Below are positions 44,690 to 58,759 of a DNA stretch of 64,000 bases, piece after piece. Origin of the DNA: Eledone cirrhosa (taxonomy: Eukaryota); NCBI GenBank assembly GCA_964016885.1, contig OZ024743.1:270878001-270942000 (forward strand), read 5' to 3'. Within the stretch, counting starts at the first letter, position 1, and every line of letters starts with the position of its first letter. Made by a program: the position numbers and the translations under genes. The notes under the pieces were generated by a model. The model had not been told where the DNA came from. It did not search any database and saw nothing but the letters and a program-made list of their open reading frames with translations.

Positions 44690-45070
44690 CCTGATATCAA
44701 CATATTTTCTACACCTTCTTCGCCTCCAAAACCGAGCACTGCTACCCTTAACGCAGAGGGACAGAAGACATCCAAATACTGAGACTTCACCGACCTCTTC
44801 TTTTTTGCGCCAGTCGCAGTCGAGACCTCTGGTGTCCTCGGTTTTTTAACTGCTGTTTTCCTCCGCAAAACTGGGAGTGATTCATCCCCCCTAAGGGAGG
44901 AAACCTGTAAGGTGGAGTTGCTGATGCAGTGGGTTTCACTTGCTGGTCTCCGTGGCAATACTGTCCCCAGCTGGTCAGGGGAGCACCGCTGAGATATACC
45001 ACCTAGGCAGGGAAGTAGAATCTGTTCCTCCCTTCCTCCATTCTCTTTTTCCTTAAATCATTTAAATAAA
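44690..45070 (+). pseudogene. CRE/R2-type restriction-like endonuclease domain and 3' end
   Basis: Frame from 44732 reads PSTATLNAEGQKTSKY*DFTDLFFFAPVAVETSGVLG..TAVFLRK, and later QWVSLAGLRGNT, matching AExxKxxKY / F.PVAVETxG / QRxSxAxxRGN; absent from the ORF track. Confidence 0.75.
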
Positions 45071-45583
45071 AGTTCTGTCATCATTGCGCTATTAACATTA
45101 ATCCTTTTATTTACCATAGCGTCGAGTCGACCCATGTCTTGTGAGTGAGATTTGGTAGACGGAAACTATATAGATGCCCGTAGGATCGACTGTGCCTGTA
45201 ATTCAATGGACCACTCTTGTCACCCACTATGTCACTCTGAATCTCCCTGAGAATGGCGTTACGGATGTAACATGTTTGTTGAATGTTCAGTCACTTGCAT
45301 TTTAATTTGATGAGCAGGCTGTTCTGTTTATCGAACAACTGGAACACCCACCGTCGAAACCGTCCATTCCATCCATTCCATTATATTTTTATATTTTATT
45401 GTTTATTGAAGAAAATATTTGTTGATAACGTTTAAATGAATGTTTTGGATTCATAAATATTTCAGTGAATTAAATGTTTGCCATGAGTGATTAGTTTTTG
45501 TACTTTGAATGTTTATTTTACAAATATTTCTGGTTAATTTAATTTTATTAAATGTTATTTAAGATATAACATGTTCGGTTTAA

Positions 45584-45740
45584 TGGGGCGAATTGGCAGA
45601 GATGTTAGAACGTCGAATAGAAGACTTTGTGGTATTCGTTCCAGTTGTTTTTGCGCTCTGGGTTCAAATTCGACCGAGGTCAACTTTGCTTTTCATCTTT
45701 CGATGGTTAATAATGTAAAACACTAGACAAGTTATTGGGT
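45584..45740 (+). mobile_element. SINE family 1 (diverged)
   Basis: GGCGAATTGGCAGAGATGTTAG...GGGTTCAAATTCGACCGAGGTCAACTTTGCTTTTCATC. Confidence 0.7.
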
Positions 45741-46025
45741 AACTTTCTCTCTTTCTACGTCTCTCTCTCTCTCTCTCTCTCGCATGTGAGATGCTACAAT
45801 GTAGATATAACTGCATTCAGTAAGACCAGGCTACTTAGAGAAGGTTCTCAATGTGGCTGGTAATGACCACGCTTTCTTCCGGCGGGGATTACCCCGAGCA
45901 TAGACATCCCTAGCACGGTATTGATGAGGAGTACTTTACTGCACACATAAACAAAAAAACTGGATAACCTCAGTGATGTCACGTTGCCGAGAGCCACTTT
46001 GTCAGGTGACTGAGTGTCTCCGGAG

Positions 46026-46291
46026 CAACTCTGCGATCTGATAGTCTAGACAAAGAATTTTTTGAATGAAACAATTCTAGTCCCGAAGAAGTCATTTCTA
46101 TATTGAATTTGATATATATATGTATATAATTTAATATAGAAATGACTTCTACACGACTAGAACTGATTCTTCATTCAAAAGATTCTTTGTCTTGACTATC
46201 AGATAGCAGAGTTGGTACGTAGAAGTCATTTCTATATTAAATTATATATATATATATGTATAAAATTTAATATAGAAATTACTTCCACATT

Positions 46292-46328
<37 letters not shown>

Positions 46329-46375
46329 AGTTGAATATAGTAAATGACTTCTACAGGATTAGAACTGTTTCATTC
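46026..46375. repeat. Cluster of alternating-orientation element tails around (TA)n
   Basis: 46026-46109 is inverted to 46128-46214; AGAAGTCATTTCTATATT.AATT or its complement occurs five times. Confidence 0.75.
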
Positions 46376-46458
46376 GACAATGCGTAGAAATACCATGATC
46401 TCCAGCAGACAACTGTTGAAGGAAAATTTTCGTCCGTTCGTGCTTTCCTCTTAATTCT

Positions 46459-46560
<102 letters not shown>

Positions 46561-46785
46561 TATATGTATATATATAAAACAGATATAGCTGTCCACGTGC
46601 CCGAGGGAGAGCCAATTTAAAAGTGTCTCCTCAAGTATATATATATATATACATATATATATTTATATATATATATATATATACATATATATATTTATAT
46701 ATATATATATATATATATACATATATATATTTATATATATATATATATACATGTACATATATGTATATATATATATACATGTACA

Positions 46786-46862
<77 letters not shown>

Positions 46863-46921
46863 GTATATATATATATGTGTATATATGTATGTATATATAT
46901 ATATGTATATATATTTATGTA

Positions 46922-46970
<49 letters not shown>

Positions 46971-46978
46971 CATATATA

Positions 46979-47385
46979 TATTATTCAAAATATTAACAAA
47001 TGAAAAATATTCTTATAATCATAATATATACTTTATTATATATATTTCAAAGGTACTGTGTTGTTTTTTCAGTACGTCCTCATCAGACAAAATATCTGAT
47101 TTGATATATGACATACCGCTACGGTATGCTAAAACTGGAATTGAATAATCAAGACCATAGCGGTATGTCATATATCAAATCATATATTTTGTCTGATGAG
47201 GACGTACTGAAAAAACAACACAGTACCTTTGAAATATATATAATAATATATAAGAATATTTTTCATTTGTTAATATTTTGAATAATATTAAAAACTCCAG
47301 GAAAACTTTCAACTGTTGAGTGCTTCTAATCTATTGTAAAATTGTATTCATTGAGTAATCAACGAACCATACTAATCTTTGGTTA
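46979..47385 (+). mobile_element. Mini fold-back pLTR element with HHRs on both strands (minus 47033-47090, plus 47189-47246)
   Basis: 46979-47125 is inverted to 47154-47287; plus strand TTGT-CTGATGA-[GGACGTACTG..CAGTACCTTT]-GAA-ATATATAT-A-ATAA; tail ACTCCAGG..GAGTGCTTC.AATCT matches the reverse of 60204-60290. Confidence 0.85.
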
Positions 47386-47923
47386 TACATATATATATAT
47401 GGTAGCACATACATATATATATATAATGGTAGCACAGTTGTCCGGATAACCAAAGATGTGGGTTCGATTCCCATGTACGTCAATACTCATCTTTTTCCAT
47501 TTCTCCGAGGGTTCTTAACCCCACCATCAGGCTAAATAATTTCTTTAATTTCTTTAGTCAAAATACGGCGATAGCTTACATTTCTAATAATTTCAAACCC
47601 ACTCACTGTTTCAAAAATATTCTTACATGTATATATATATATATATGTAAGAATATATATATATATATATATATGAACAGTTTCATAAACACTGTCAAAC
47701 TAGCTTCCATGATATAAACGACCAACCATTGATATATTCCAGTAAATAATAGGCTTCATCTTATTTGGTTATGAAGTATTTATCGTGGCCAAACTATCGA
47801 CCATGTTTAAAACGAAACCATAACAAAATTGGACATCTCATTTCCCAGTCACAATATATCTTCCGAGCAATATATTTATCAGCAGCAACGCTATGCCTGT
47901 TTTAAATACGCACAGACCTATAG

Positions 47924-48010
<87 letters not shown>

Positions 48011-48054
48011 TACATACATATATTTATAAATTTATATACACACATACACACTGA

Positions 48055-48132
<78 letters not shown>

Positions 48133-48137
<5 letters not shown>

Positions 48138-48280
48138 ATATTAAATAAATGGAAACTATATTTATAAAACCATATTTATTTAATATCATTGAATATTTAC
48201 TCCAGAAATCTATCGAGTGCTCTGAATCAGTTATAAACATTTTATTTGTTGAATTACCAACAAATTAAATATCCCTTCTG

Positions 48281-48283
<3 letters not shown>
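48133..48283 (+). mobile_element. Ultra-short snap-back pLTR tail of the same family
   Basis: CAATGATATTAAATAAAT...ATTTATTTAATATCATTG hairpin, then the family tail; (TA)n on both sides. Confidence 0.7.
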
Positions 48284-48333
<50 letters not shown>

Positions 48334-48336
<3 letters not shown>

Positions 48337-48896
48337 TAAAAGGAAAAGAAAATGCTGACAAATTTTTCCCAGTGAAAAATAGTTTAATTAGGAATAAGTA
48401 AAAATGAGTAATTAGTATTCAGTTTTATTTTTAAGTCTTTACCGGTTGCGCATTTCTAATGCTTTTCAAAAATAATTTTGAGATAGAGCGCCCGTGATGT
48501 TTGCTCTAATCTGTTCAGTTTTGGAAATTCTACCTGTTTTATGTGAAAAAAGTGGCTCCAGAGGTATTAAGATTTGGTTGGTTGTTGAATGTCACGTGAA
48601 TGAGTACTATAAGTTTTGCGCCAATTTGTGTTGCAAAAATTCTTGTAGTCAAAACAATTTTGATTGGTCGGTAGAGGTCACGTGAATGTTAAAAATTGAT
48701 TTTGCGCCAAATGTAGGTTTGTCGAAGAGTGTCCTTTTTCTCCTGATTGAGAAGTCTCTGAAAGATAAGTCTTTTGAGACAAATATGTGTGTGTGTGTAG
48801 TAAAGAGGTTCATTGTTGTGATAATGGTTAGTAGGGATGTGTGTGTGAATTGCAGTCATGTTGAAAGGTCAACAGTTCAGGTGTCTATTAAGACAG

Positions 48897-48972
<76 letters not shown>

Positions 48973-50527
48973 CAGAGTGGTTCGTGTTAGAGGGATTCGG
49001 TCAGTAGGAATGTGTCTGTACGTGTGTGGACGATATTTTAACATGTTGAAAGATATTTTTCAGCTCTTGTCTTATACGGAGAAGTGTGTGTGTGTGTGTG
49101 TGTGTATATGTCTGTTTGTATGTTAGTGTACGTGTGTGTGTATGTGTGTATGTGGATGGACCAGTATTTTTGTGATACTGGTAAAAATGGTGTACATTAT
49201 TCGATATTTTCAGTAATTTGCAAAAACGATTCTCTCAAAAGAACATCAAAAACATTAATAATAAGAGGGGTGAAATGATGTATAGTATTGTCATAACACC
49301 AAGGTGTGTGTGAGTGTGTCCAGATTGTACGTACTGCCGTATGGGAATACTTGTGTACAAATATGTATGTGCCCTTCAGTGTGCAATGCATGTGTGCGTA
49401 TATGTATGTGTGTGTGTGTCGGCACGTTTATAACTATAGACATCAAAAGGTATGCACCTTTGTGTATATTTGTGTTGCACCATAGAACGTGTGTTTACGT
49501 ATGTCATTGTATTTATATGTGGATAGAAATGTATGTAGGATGTAATGCTGATGTAGGTATTATGTTGACGTGTGTATGTTGTGGGTTCGTCTTAGGGAGA
49601 AGTGTTTAGACGGTGTTCGTATTTGTTAATAAAGTGAGATTCCTTGCTGGTGCGCTGGGTGTGGGTGGCATTACCTTTACATTTGTAGAGGGGAAAGATT
49701 CTAAAGTTGGGATGATTTGGGGCGGCACAGGTATCAATGTGTTCACTCAGTGGTATTTTTCTGTATTCCCGTATTTTAATTTGGGATCTATGGACAGTCA
49801 TGCGTTGGCGGAGGTTGTTTTTGGTCTGGCCTATGTATTGTTCTCGACAACCTGAGCAAGTTAATACATATATTAGATTTTCTGATGCGCATGTGAAATT
49901 GTGTTTTACTATAAAACGTTGTCCTTCTTTGAAATAGAATTCCGAACCCTCTATTAGGTTGATGCATATGCCACAGTTGGGTCTATCGCATTTTTTTACT
50001 GTGGGTTTCGTTGTTGTGGTTGGCAGTACTTTGGCATGTGTTAGGATGTTTTTCATTGACTTAGATTGTCTTTTGCTCTTTATGATATCGTGTGTTCGAA
50101 GGATTTGGTTCATTCTATGGTCCTTTTTTAACACAGGGATGTTCTGGAGGATGGTGTCAAAGGCCTCATTGTTGAGGGGGTTGTGTGTGGAGATGTATGG
50201 AAGAGCTTTTAGTTTCGGTTGATTTACTATAGGGTGTCTAAGATACTGGGTACTGAGTTTTAGGGCACGTTGGATTCCATTGTCAATTAGTGATGCAGGG
50301 TAGTCCCTGCCTATGAGTGTGTCCTTTAGTTCTTGTAGCCGTAAGTAACAGGTGTTTTTATTGGAGACTATAGTACAGATTCTCTTGGCTAAGTTGTAGG
50401 GAATATTAATTTTAACGTGTCTAGGGTGGCAAGAGTTGAAAGGAAGATATTGCTTGGAGTCTGTGGGCTTGTAGTATATGTCTGTTTCTATTTTTTTGTT
50501 ATGAATCTTAATGAGGATGTCGAGGAT
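48334..50527 (-). mobile_element. 5'-truncated PLE (Neptune-like): RT thumb, GIY-YIG and ~1.25-kb 3' UTR
   Basis: Open frame 50527 to 49592 (312 codons): [39 protein letters not shown]...CDRPNCGIC..NLIYVLTC..YIGQT; decayed HHR-like TTGAAAA-GCATT..AATGC-GCAA-CCGG-TA at 48437-48471; (TA)n at both ends. Confidence 0.92.
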
Positions 50528-50549
50528 ATATATATATATTTCAACACCA

Positions 50550-50612
50550 CTCTAATAAATATTGCCTGTACAAGATATCAAAGTGTGTATACATTTTGGG
50601 GGACACCCTGTA
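50550..50612 (-). mobile_element. Tc1/mariner-like TIR fragment
   Basis: Minus strand TACAGGGTGTCCCCCAAAATGTATACACACTTT. Confidence 0.5.
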
Positions 50613-50738
50613 CATATATATATATATAATGAATTAAAACAGTCATATGTATAGATACTTAAGTTTCGACTCATCTTATTGACTGAGTGCTCTAACCCTT
50701 GGATATGAAAAACCACATTTATACTACAGTATATATAT

Positions 50739-50775
<37 letters not shown>

Positions 50776-50898
50776 CACTGAAATATTTGGTGAGATTTTT
50801 GGTTTGTTTTTTAGTGGGGCTGTGGCCACGCTGTGTTGGTGAAATTATATCTGTGAATGTTTGAGTGTGCGCATATGCTTACATATGTATGTATATAT

Positions 50899-50946
<48 letters not shown>

Positions 50947-51929
50947 ATGTGTATGTGTGTGTGTTTCTATACTCATATATGTATGTATATTTTTATATGT
51001 ACATATATGTGTGTGTGTGCGTGTTTATATGTGTATATGTGTGTATGTGTGTGTGTATCTGTGTGCGTGTATCTGTGTTTGCGTGAGTATGTATGTATAC
51101 GTGTGTGTTTATGCCTATATTAGTCGACTAGCTAGAGCGAGTCAAATATAAATTGGCACGAAACGCTTAGTACGTATAATAAGAAATATAAATATTCTGA
51201 CTATTAAAATAAACTGCGTTTACGATAGTGGCTATATTCACTTGAAATCTCCCCTGGTTTTAGGATACAAAATTAATGGTTTGAAAATATTTATACAGGA
51301 ACCCCACCAGGTTTTGCAGCTCGTGGGACCTCAGATCATTGTGAGTAAACTATCTAATCCACAATATTTCTAAAGTGGTGTTTCGTAATAAGAATATCAA
51401 TGTTAACTTTTCTATATCTGTGGATGCACAATTGAAACCTAGACGGAAAACAATGCCTTCTAGTACTCCCGCCCTTCCTTAGGGACGTGCCCGGGTTTAT
51501 ATTTTAATATAATCCTTCCATTATATTTTAATATAAGCACTTTCTATTAAGTTGGGATCAAAACATCAGCTTCATAATGTAAAAGTTAAATCATATCATT
51601 AAATTCTTCCAAATTCTTCATAACTTTCAAGATACATTGAAACATGTGGGCTATGTATTTCGTGATAAATATGGTAACAAAAGGAGTGTGCTTGCAAGAC
51701 ATTTTATTTGGCGGATCTTACAATTAAACCTGCATATGTACACATCAGAATACATCTGATGTATAACACGATATCTGTTTAATCAACCAATAGATTTGCT
51801 AGCACTCCAGCTTGTACTGCATGTTATACATGTCTGGAGTTACGAATTTATTGGTAACTAATCAAACCAGTCATAGACTGAATATACGACCATAAATACC
51901 GCAGATCAAATTTACCTCACCCCTTTCAA

Positions 51930-52850
51930 AAATTGTACATTTTTGTGCCGCTCGCTTACGTGCAGCTCACCTATATTCTACATGAAAGATATGTAATTTT
52001 TCAAAAACATCTGCGTCATCTTTTATGCATTTTCTCTATTGGTGGCGATGAAAATTATTTCTTTCCAGTTTGCTTCATGTATTTCAAATGCTTTCAACGT
52101 TGTCTTTACACAGTCTTTAAACCAAAACCATGGGTTTGTCCTGTGGGATATTTTCTACATACAAACTCACCATACAGCATCTGCTTTAGTTGTCTCATCT
52201 TCCATTCATATCCAGTCCAACGTAAATTGTGTTTGCGTACCTTTTCCTCAATACTCAAGACGTCACCACCACCACCTACGACAACCAGGTAACATTCACA
52301 ATATATCTTAAACATCTCTAGGGAAAACATTCAAGAAACTTTGCATGAGGCTTGTAAAGGACCCATATTTTACATGATTAAAGAAGAGAAGGCAATGTGC
52401 ATGTACGATTTACAATTTTTGTTAACCTCGTGATGTCATGTTATTTCACTAATCTGAAGACGGAGCTGTCCCTACTGTCCCATCAACTACAGGGGAATTA
52501 TTCACGCGACTAAGGAAACTTACCAGCAGCTGGCAGTAGAGCAATGTATCTGTAGTTGTCGCACCTTATTCTGACAATTTTTCAATTATAAAGAGGAAAT
52601 ATAATTGCATCTTTCCTGACCTTGGAACAACATCTCTTCACACTAGGCAAATAAGCTTGTGAAGATTCCATGTTCTACGACTGCCACCAAAGCGTAAGTC
52701 CTCAGCGCAAATTCCATCATTGCCATGATTCAGTTTACTTATTACCGTTGCTACTTCATCTATTGTGAGTGTAATATCCAACAAGATCACGAAAGATCTT
52801 TGTTTAATGGTATCGGTTATTGAATCAGCAACAACAAACTCATAGTTTGC
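51930..52850 (-). pseudogene. Old RTE-clade LINE relic with internal deletion
   Basis: Minus-strand peptides GNDGICAEDLRFGG, DAIIFPLY..CDNYRYIALLPAAGK and SIEEKVRKHNLRWTGY..KQMLYGE. Confidence 0.7.
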
Positions 52851-53316
52851 CTTCTCTATTCAGTCCATCAGGACCGCGGGCGTCCAGCGTGTGGTCCCCC
52901 ATTTGCTTATAATAGTGAGAGATGGGGAGAGCGGGAGAGACGGAGGCAGTGACAATGGGAGTTTGGCTCTTTTGTGTTCGGACCTGGTGTATATATATAT
53001 ATCAAACAGTTATATTTCTCAGTAAGCTGTTAAAAATTTCTTTTATCTAATATTTATTACTTTATGATCATCAGATCCTCTAGCAGTAATAATAATAACA
53101 GAGATTTCGTACATCATTCTTTCTAACTATCCATCCAACCATCTATCTATTTAACCATTTGATACTACCGTTTAACAATTCAGGAAGATGTTCAATCCAG
53201 TGACCTGCGATCTCTGTTCATTTGGTGAATCAAATGAAGCAGTCTTTGAAATCAAAGAAACGGTCTGAAATCTTCTCTCTCGGAACTATTAAAACAAAAC
53301 ATTTATAGGCCTACCT

Positions 53317-53385
53317 CAGCAGTTTCTAACCTGTAGTCCGCGGACCCCTGGAGCTTGCAAAGAAAGTACTGGGGGTCCGTAAGTT
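53317..53385 (+). mobile_element. hAT/Charlie-like terminal fragment
   Basis: CAGCAGTTTCTAACCTGTAGTCCGCGGACCCC..GGGGGTCCG resembles Charlie-type MITE ends. Confidence 0.4.
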
Positions 53386-53586
53386 TGTTGAGTAGGCAAA
53401 CATTTAAAAGGACTTAGATCCGTGGGATATCTGGTAGGAGATGGAACGGATGTCATCCACTGAAATACGTCATCAAAGGTGCCCTTCCCTTTATAAGACA
53501 ATAAGGGAAATTTGGCTGTTATATCTAGCAAGTCAAGAAACAGCTTATTATATATTTATATGTACAGTAATTGTGTGTGGGTGAGA

Positions 53587-53623
<37 letters not shown>

Positions 53624-53989
53624 GCGAAACAGCCAGTTATATATTTACATTATGTAATTGTGTGTGGGTGAGAGTATGTGTGTGTGTGTGGGTGCGGGTG
53701 GGGGGGGGGGCATATGTATGTATGTATGTGTGTGTGCGGGGGGGGGGGCATATGTATGTATCTGTGTGTTTTCTGAGATATGGTTGGGTGGGAACTTTCT
53801 GTTGATAGTTTCACTCATTTTTATTTGCTTTACCTTACTATGTGTGATTGCCGTAACATTTTTAAGGGTCATTTGTGATGTTAAACACACAAACAAAAGA
53901 CTTAGTTGAATAATGGCCCTAACACCCTACCCAGTCGCCTCACCCACCCGCAACCAGTTACGAGACCCGCCTAATTAAAGCTAAATAAA

Positions 53990-54040
<51 letters not shown>

Positions 54041-54265
54041 AAGTAATAGTAGTAGAGAAGCAAATCAAAATCTTTCTCTCCACTTTTGGATTTGGTTGAC
54101 ATTTTCGAGACACTCCTTGTAAGGGGAACTCAGCTGTGTAAGTGAGAACTGGCATCTAATCTACTAATAGGTTAGGTTAGGTCGTTGGTGATGAGGTTAG
54201 ACGGACACACACACACACACACACACAGAGGCAAACAGACAGACATGCAGATAGATAGAAAGATA

Positions 54266-54372
54266 TATTTCTTTATTTGCCACAAGGGTGCACAAGAAAT
54301 GGAACATTACAAGACGTGATGGCGGGGGTTTTACAAATAATCGTGTAAACAAATTTAACAATTATAAATAAA
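54266..54372 (-). mobile_element. Short Tx1-like 3' end fragment
   Basis: TTTCTTTATTTGCCACAAGGG.GCACAAGA matches the 54432 terminus; lies between GATA repeats. Confidence 0.7.
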
Positions 54373-54431
54373 CTAGATAGATAGATAGATGCATAGCTAG
54401 CTAGCTAGACAGACAGACAGATAGATAGATA

Positions 54432-56616
54432 TGTTTCTTTATTAGCCACAGGGGCACAAAAGAAGGGGACAAATACAGAGAGAGAAGTTTACATACAATA
54501 AAAACGTGTAAAATATTATCACATGCAATTTAAAAATTAATCGATTTCTCCAATAAGGGGAGACATTACATATGGGTAACACATACCCCCGAAAAAAAAA
54601 TGTGCAACCCTCATCTCCAGGAGTACGAGAGTTTGTACCCCTTTCCTCTCTTCTTCTTTTTCCTCAACCTACAGGCTGATATAGAGAGAAGGCCCATTCA
54701 CTCGGGCCATTCTCACCACTTTCACCCACCTTTCATAAAACTTGCTGGGGTACAGCACCTCTCTCTCCATCCTGATTCTTCTTCCAAAGTGGTATTTGAA
54801 AAAAAGAATCAGTTGTTGGCCGGAGAGAAAGGTGTCTGACCTCAACCCTTTCAACCTTGTCCATCATACAACCTCTTTCGCCATAGCTATCACACAAAGG
54901 AAAACCGCCTCTCCTTCGTTGTTGAAGGAGGGTGGCGGTTTGATCATGACAATGGACTCGGAGGTCAACTGGATTGGTCCCACCCGCGACAATAGTCGTT
55001 CCACATAGCCCCACAGGTCGGTGACGCCCGGGCTGTGTATGAATGCGTGCGCGACGGTTTCTTCGTCTCGTACGCACCTCGGACAGATCTTTTTTGCATG
55101 GTCCATGCCCGGGCGCCCATGTCTGTAGAGCTTGTCTCGAACTGGTAGAGCTCCTCGGTAGCACTGCCAGGCCAGGGACTTTTGGAAGTTGTCCATCGGT
55201 CCCGGGCGGAAGGTCCTACCGAACAGACTGGCCAGTTCGTCTTCCTCTACGCCCAGAGTTTCACCGAGCACGTCGTCGTACTTGCTGCGGATCAACCCTC
55301 TATAGAATGACGAAGTGGAGTCTCCACTGATCGCCGGGTCCGCCTGCCAGAGGGCTGTGAGCGCCTGAGCACATTCGGTGTGCCAGTCGCCCATTTTCCT
55401 CGGTTTTTTCTTGACCCAGGACTGCAGCTCGGTGTGCGAGACGAGTCGTGGGAAGGCTCGCCTCACGAACGGGGCCCACACCGGTTGTCCGGTGAGGAAT
55501 ACGTAGAGATGCCGCAGCTTGACCGCGTGTTTGCGCATCATCAGCCACGGCATCCCCAACCCTCCGTTGGAAGGGCGTTGGCAGCAGATGGATCTTCTCA
55601 CCAAAGGAGCCCGCCTCTTCCAAAGGAATTGGAAGAGCGCGCGCTCCATTTTGGCAAGCGTTTTGGCTGGACAAGGCACGACGGTCAAGCGGTAGTAGAT
55701 GGCGCACGCTATAAAAGTGTTCGCCACCTCCGCTCGACCTTTCAAGGATAGTTTGCACTCGGCCCACTTCTGGGTGAGTGCAAACACCTTGGCCGACACC
55801 TCGTTCCAGTTCTTCTCGACCTGGAGGTCCGGACCAAACCAGACCCCGAGCAGCTTTACTGGTCCTTCCGTCCAGCGTCCGACGACGTCATCGGAAGGCA
55901 TCGGTTTGCCTCTCCACGATCCGAGTTGCAGACTTGTCCGGGTTCAGCTTCGGTCCTGTGAACCTTTCGTATTCCTTCAGTAAGGTGCCGACTTACTCGA
56001 TTTGCGAGGCGCTCGACACCATTACTGTCACGTCGTCGGCGTAGGCCGACGCCGCTTTCCGCAGTCCCGGTTCCAGAGGGATGCCCTGCAATAGCTCCAA
56101 CTTCCGCAGTAGTGGCTCGAGAGTCAATACGTACAGAAGGGAGGAGAGAGGGCATCTCTGTCGAATGGATCGCGTGATATGGAACGGCTCCGAGAGGTAG
56201 CCGTTCACCTTGACCCTTGAGCAGATGTTGCTGTTATGCATTGCAGCAATCCAGCCCCTGAACACGGGTCGGAAGCCTGCCGCCTCGAGCACCGCATCCA
56301 GGTAACGATGGTCAACCCTATCGAAAGCCTTAGGCTCATCCAAGTTGATCAGGGCCCCACCGAAGCCGGGTTTACACCCTACCCTCTCTATGATGTATCG
56401 CATGAGGTGGAGGTTGTCGTGTATGGACCTGGTCGGGATTGCGCATGTCTGCGCTTCTCCCACCAGGTTCTCGACGACAAGCGCCAGCCTCTTTGCCAAC
56501 ACCTTGGCCAAAATCTGTAACTCTGTGTTTAGCAGAGTTATGGGCCGGAAGTTGCCTATGTCATCCCCCTTAATCTCGTCTTTCCTGACTAGTGTGACTA
56601 CGCCCCCGGTCACAGA
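54432..56616 (-). mobile_element. 5'-truncated Tx1/L1-clade LINE ORF2 (RT plus C-terminal zinc knuckle) and 3' UTR
   Basis: NFRPITLLNTELQILAKVLAKRL, RSIHDNL, LD.PKAFDRVDH, RQRCPLS, AYADD, KLLGVWFG, LSLKGR, GGLGMP, CPRC..DEETVAHAF; frameshifts at ~55.9-56.0 kb; GC-rich relative to flanks; embedded in (GATA)/(GACA)n. Confidence 0.93.
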
Positions 56617-56618
56617 AC

Positions 56619-56848
<230 letters not shown>

Positions 56849-56939
56849 TATAGAGTATTTATTTATTATTCATTAATAGTTCTCATGACCTCTGGATAAA
56901 TTTGGGAGGGAAACAGCAAATATGATATGTTTAGGTCAC

Positions 56940-58575
56940 ATGGTGGTGTTGGTGGTGGAGGTGGTGGTGCTGGTGTTAGTACTGGTGGTGGTTGTGATGA
57001 TGGTGGTAGTGCTGGTGGTGGTGATGTTGATGGTGGTGGTGGTAGTGCTGGTAGTGCTGGTGGTGGTTGTGGTGGTGGTGGTACTACTACTGATGATGAT
57101 GATGGTATTGCTAGTGGTAGTTGTGGTGGTGGTGGTGCTACTACTGATGATGGTATTGCTAGTGGTAGTTGTGGTGGTGGTGGTACTACTACTGATGATG
57201 GTATTGCTAGTGGTAGTTGTGGTGGTGGTGGTACTACTACTGATGATGATGGTATTGCTAGTGGTAGTTGTGGTGGTGGTGGTACTACTACTGATGATGG
57301 TATTGCTAGTGGTGGTTGTGGTGGTGGTGGTACTACTACTGATGATGATGATGGTAGTGCTAGTGGTGGTTGTGGTGGTGGTGGTACTACTACTGATGAT
57401 GGTATTGCTAGTGGTGGTTGTGGTGGTGGTGGTACTACTACTGATGATGATGATGGTAGTGCTAGTGGTGGTTGTGGTGGTGGTGGTACTACTACTGATG
57501 ATGATGGTATTGCTAGTGGTGGTGGTGGTGGTGGTGGTACTACTACTGATGATGATGGTAGTGCTAGTGGTGGTTGTGGTGGTGGTGGTACTACTACTGA
57601 TGATGATGGTATTGCTAGTGGTAGTTGTGGTGGTGGTGGTACTACTACTGATGATGGTATTGCTAGTGGTAGTTGTGGTGGTGGTGGTACTACTACTGAT
57701 GATGATGGTAGTGCTAGTGGTAGTTGTGGTGGTGGTGGTACTACTACTGATGATGATGGTATTGCTAGTGGTGGTGGTGGTGGTGGTGGTGGTACTACTA
57801 CTGATGATGATGGTATTGCTAGTGGTGGTGGTGGTGGTGGTGGTACTACTACTGATGATGATGGTATTGCTAGTGGTGGTGGTGGTGGTGGTGGTACTAC
57901 TACTGATGATAATGGTATTGCTAGTGGTGGTGGTGGTGGTGGTGGTACTACTACTGATGATGATGGTATTGCTAGTGGTGGTGGTGGTGGTGGTGGTACT
58001 ACTACTGATGATGATGGTATTGCTAGTGGTGGTGGTGGTGGTGGTGGTACTACTACTACTGATGATGGTATTGCTAGTGGTGGTGGTGGTGGTGGTGGTA
58101 CTACTACTACTGATGATGGTATTGCTAGTGGTGGTGGTGGTGGTGATGGTACTACTACTGATGATGATGGTATTGCTAGTGGTGGTGGTGGTGGTGATGG
58201 TACTACAACTGATAGTGGTGGTGGTGGTGGTGGTGGTGGTGGTGGTGGTGGTGGTGGCGGTGCTGGTGGTGGTGGTGTTGGTTATGATTGTGGTGGTGGT
58301 GGTGGTGCTGGTGGTGCTGGTGGTGGTGGTGGTGGTGGTGGTGGTGGTGGTGGTTATGATTGTGGTGGTAGTGGTGGTGTTGGTTATGATTGTGGTGGTG
58401 CTGGTGCTGGTGGTGCTGGTGGTGGTGGTGGTGGTGGTGGTGGTTATGATTGTGGTGGTAGTGGTGGTGTTGGTTATGATTGTGGTGGTGGTGGTGCTGG
58501 TGGTGGTGGTGGTGCTGGTGGTGGTGGTGGTGCTGGTGGTGCTGGTGCTGGTGGTGGTGGTGGTGGTGGTGGTGG
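56940..58575. repeat. ~42-48-bp GGT/ACT/GAT minisatellite
   Basis: Unit GGTACTACTACTGATGATGATGGTATTGCTAGTGGT..; explains the GGGTTTDDD ORF. Confidence 0.9.
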
Positions 58576-58759
58576 TTTGATTGGAGGAAATGTAGTTATA
58601 GAAGTGTTGTGGTGGCTGTGGTTATATAAGGGTGGAGTAAGTAAGATGATTGGGAAGTAGTGGTGACGAAGGTGTAATGGCATTAGTACGGTGATGGTAA
58701 TGATGGTGGGGATGTTGGTGGTAATGGTGCCGTGAGTGATACTGTGGTGTAGTGTTATT

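Noticed and set aside
56922-58660. 577-aa Gly/Thr/Asp-rich and 552-aa Val-rich ORFs resembling structural proteins
   Set aside because: Trinucleotide minisatellite open in several frames, with one codon per residue type and no signal peptide or exon context.
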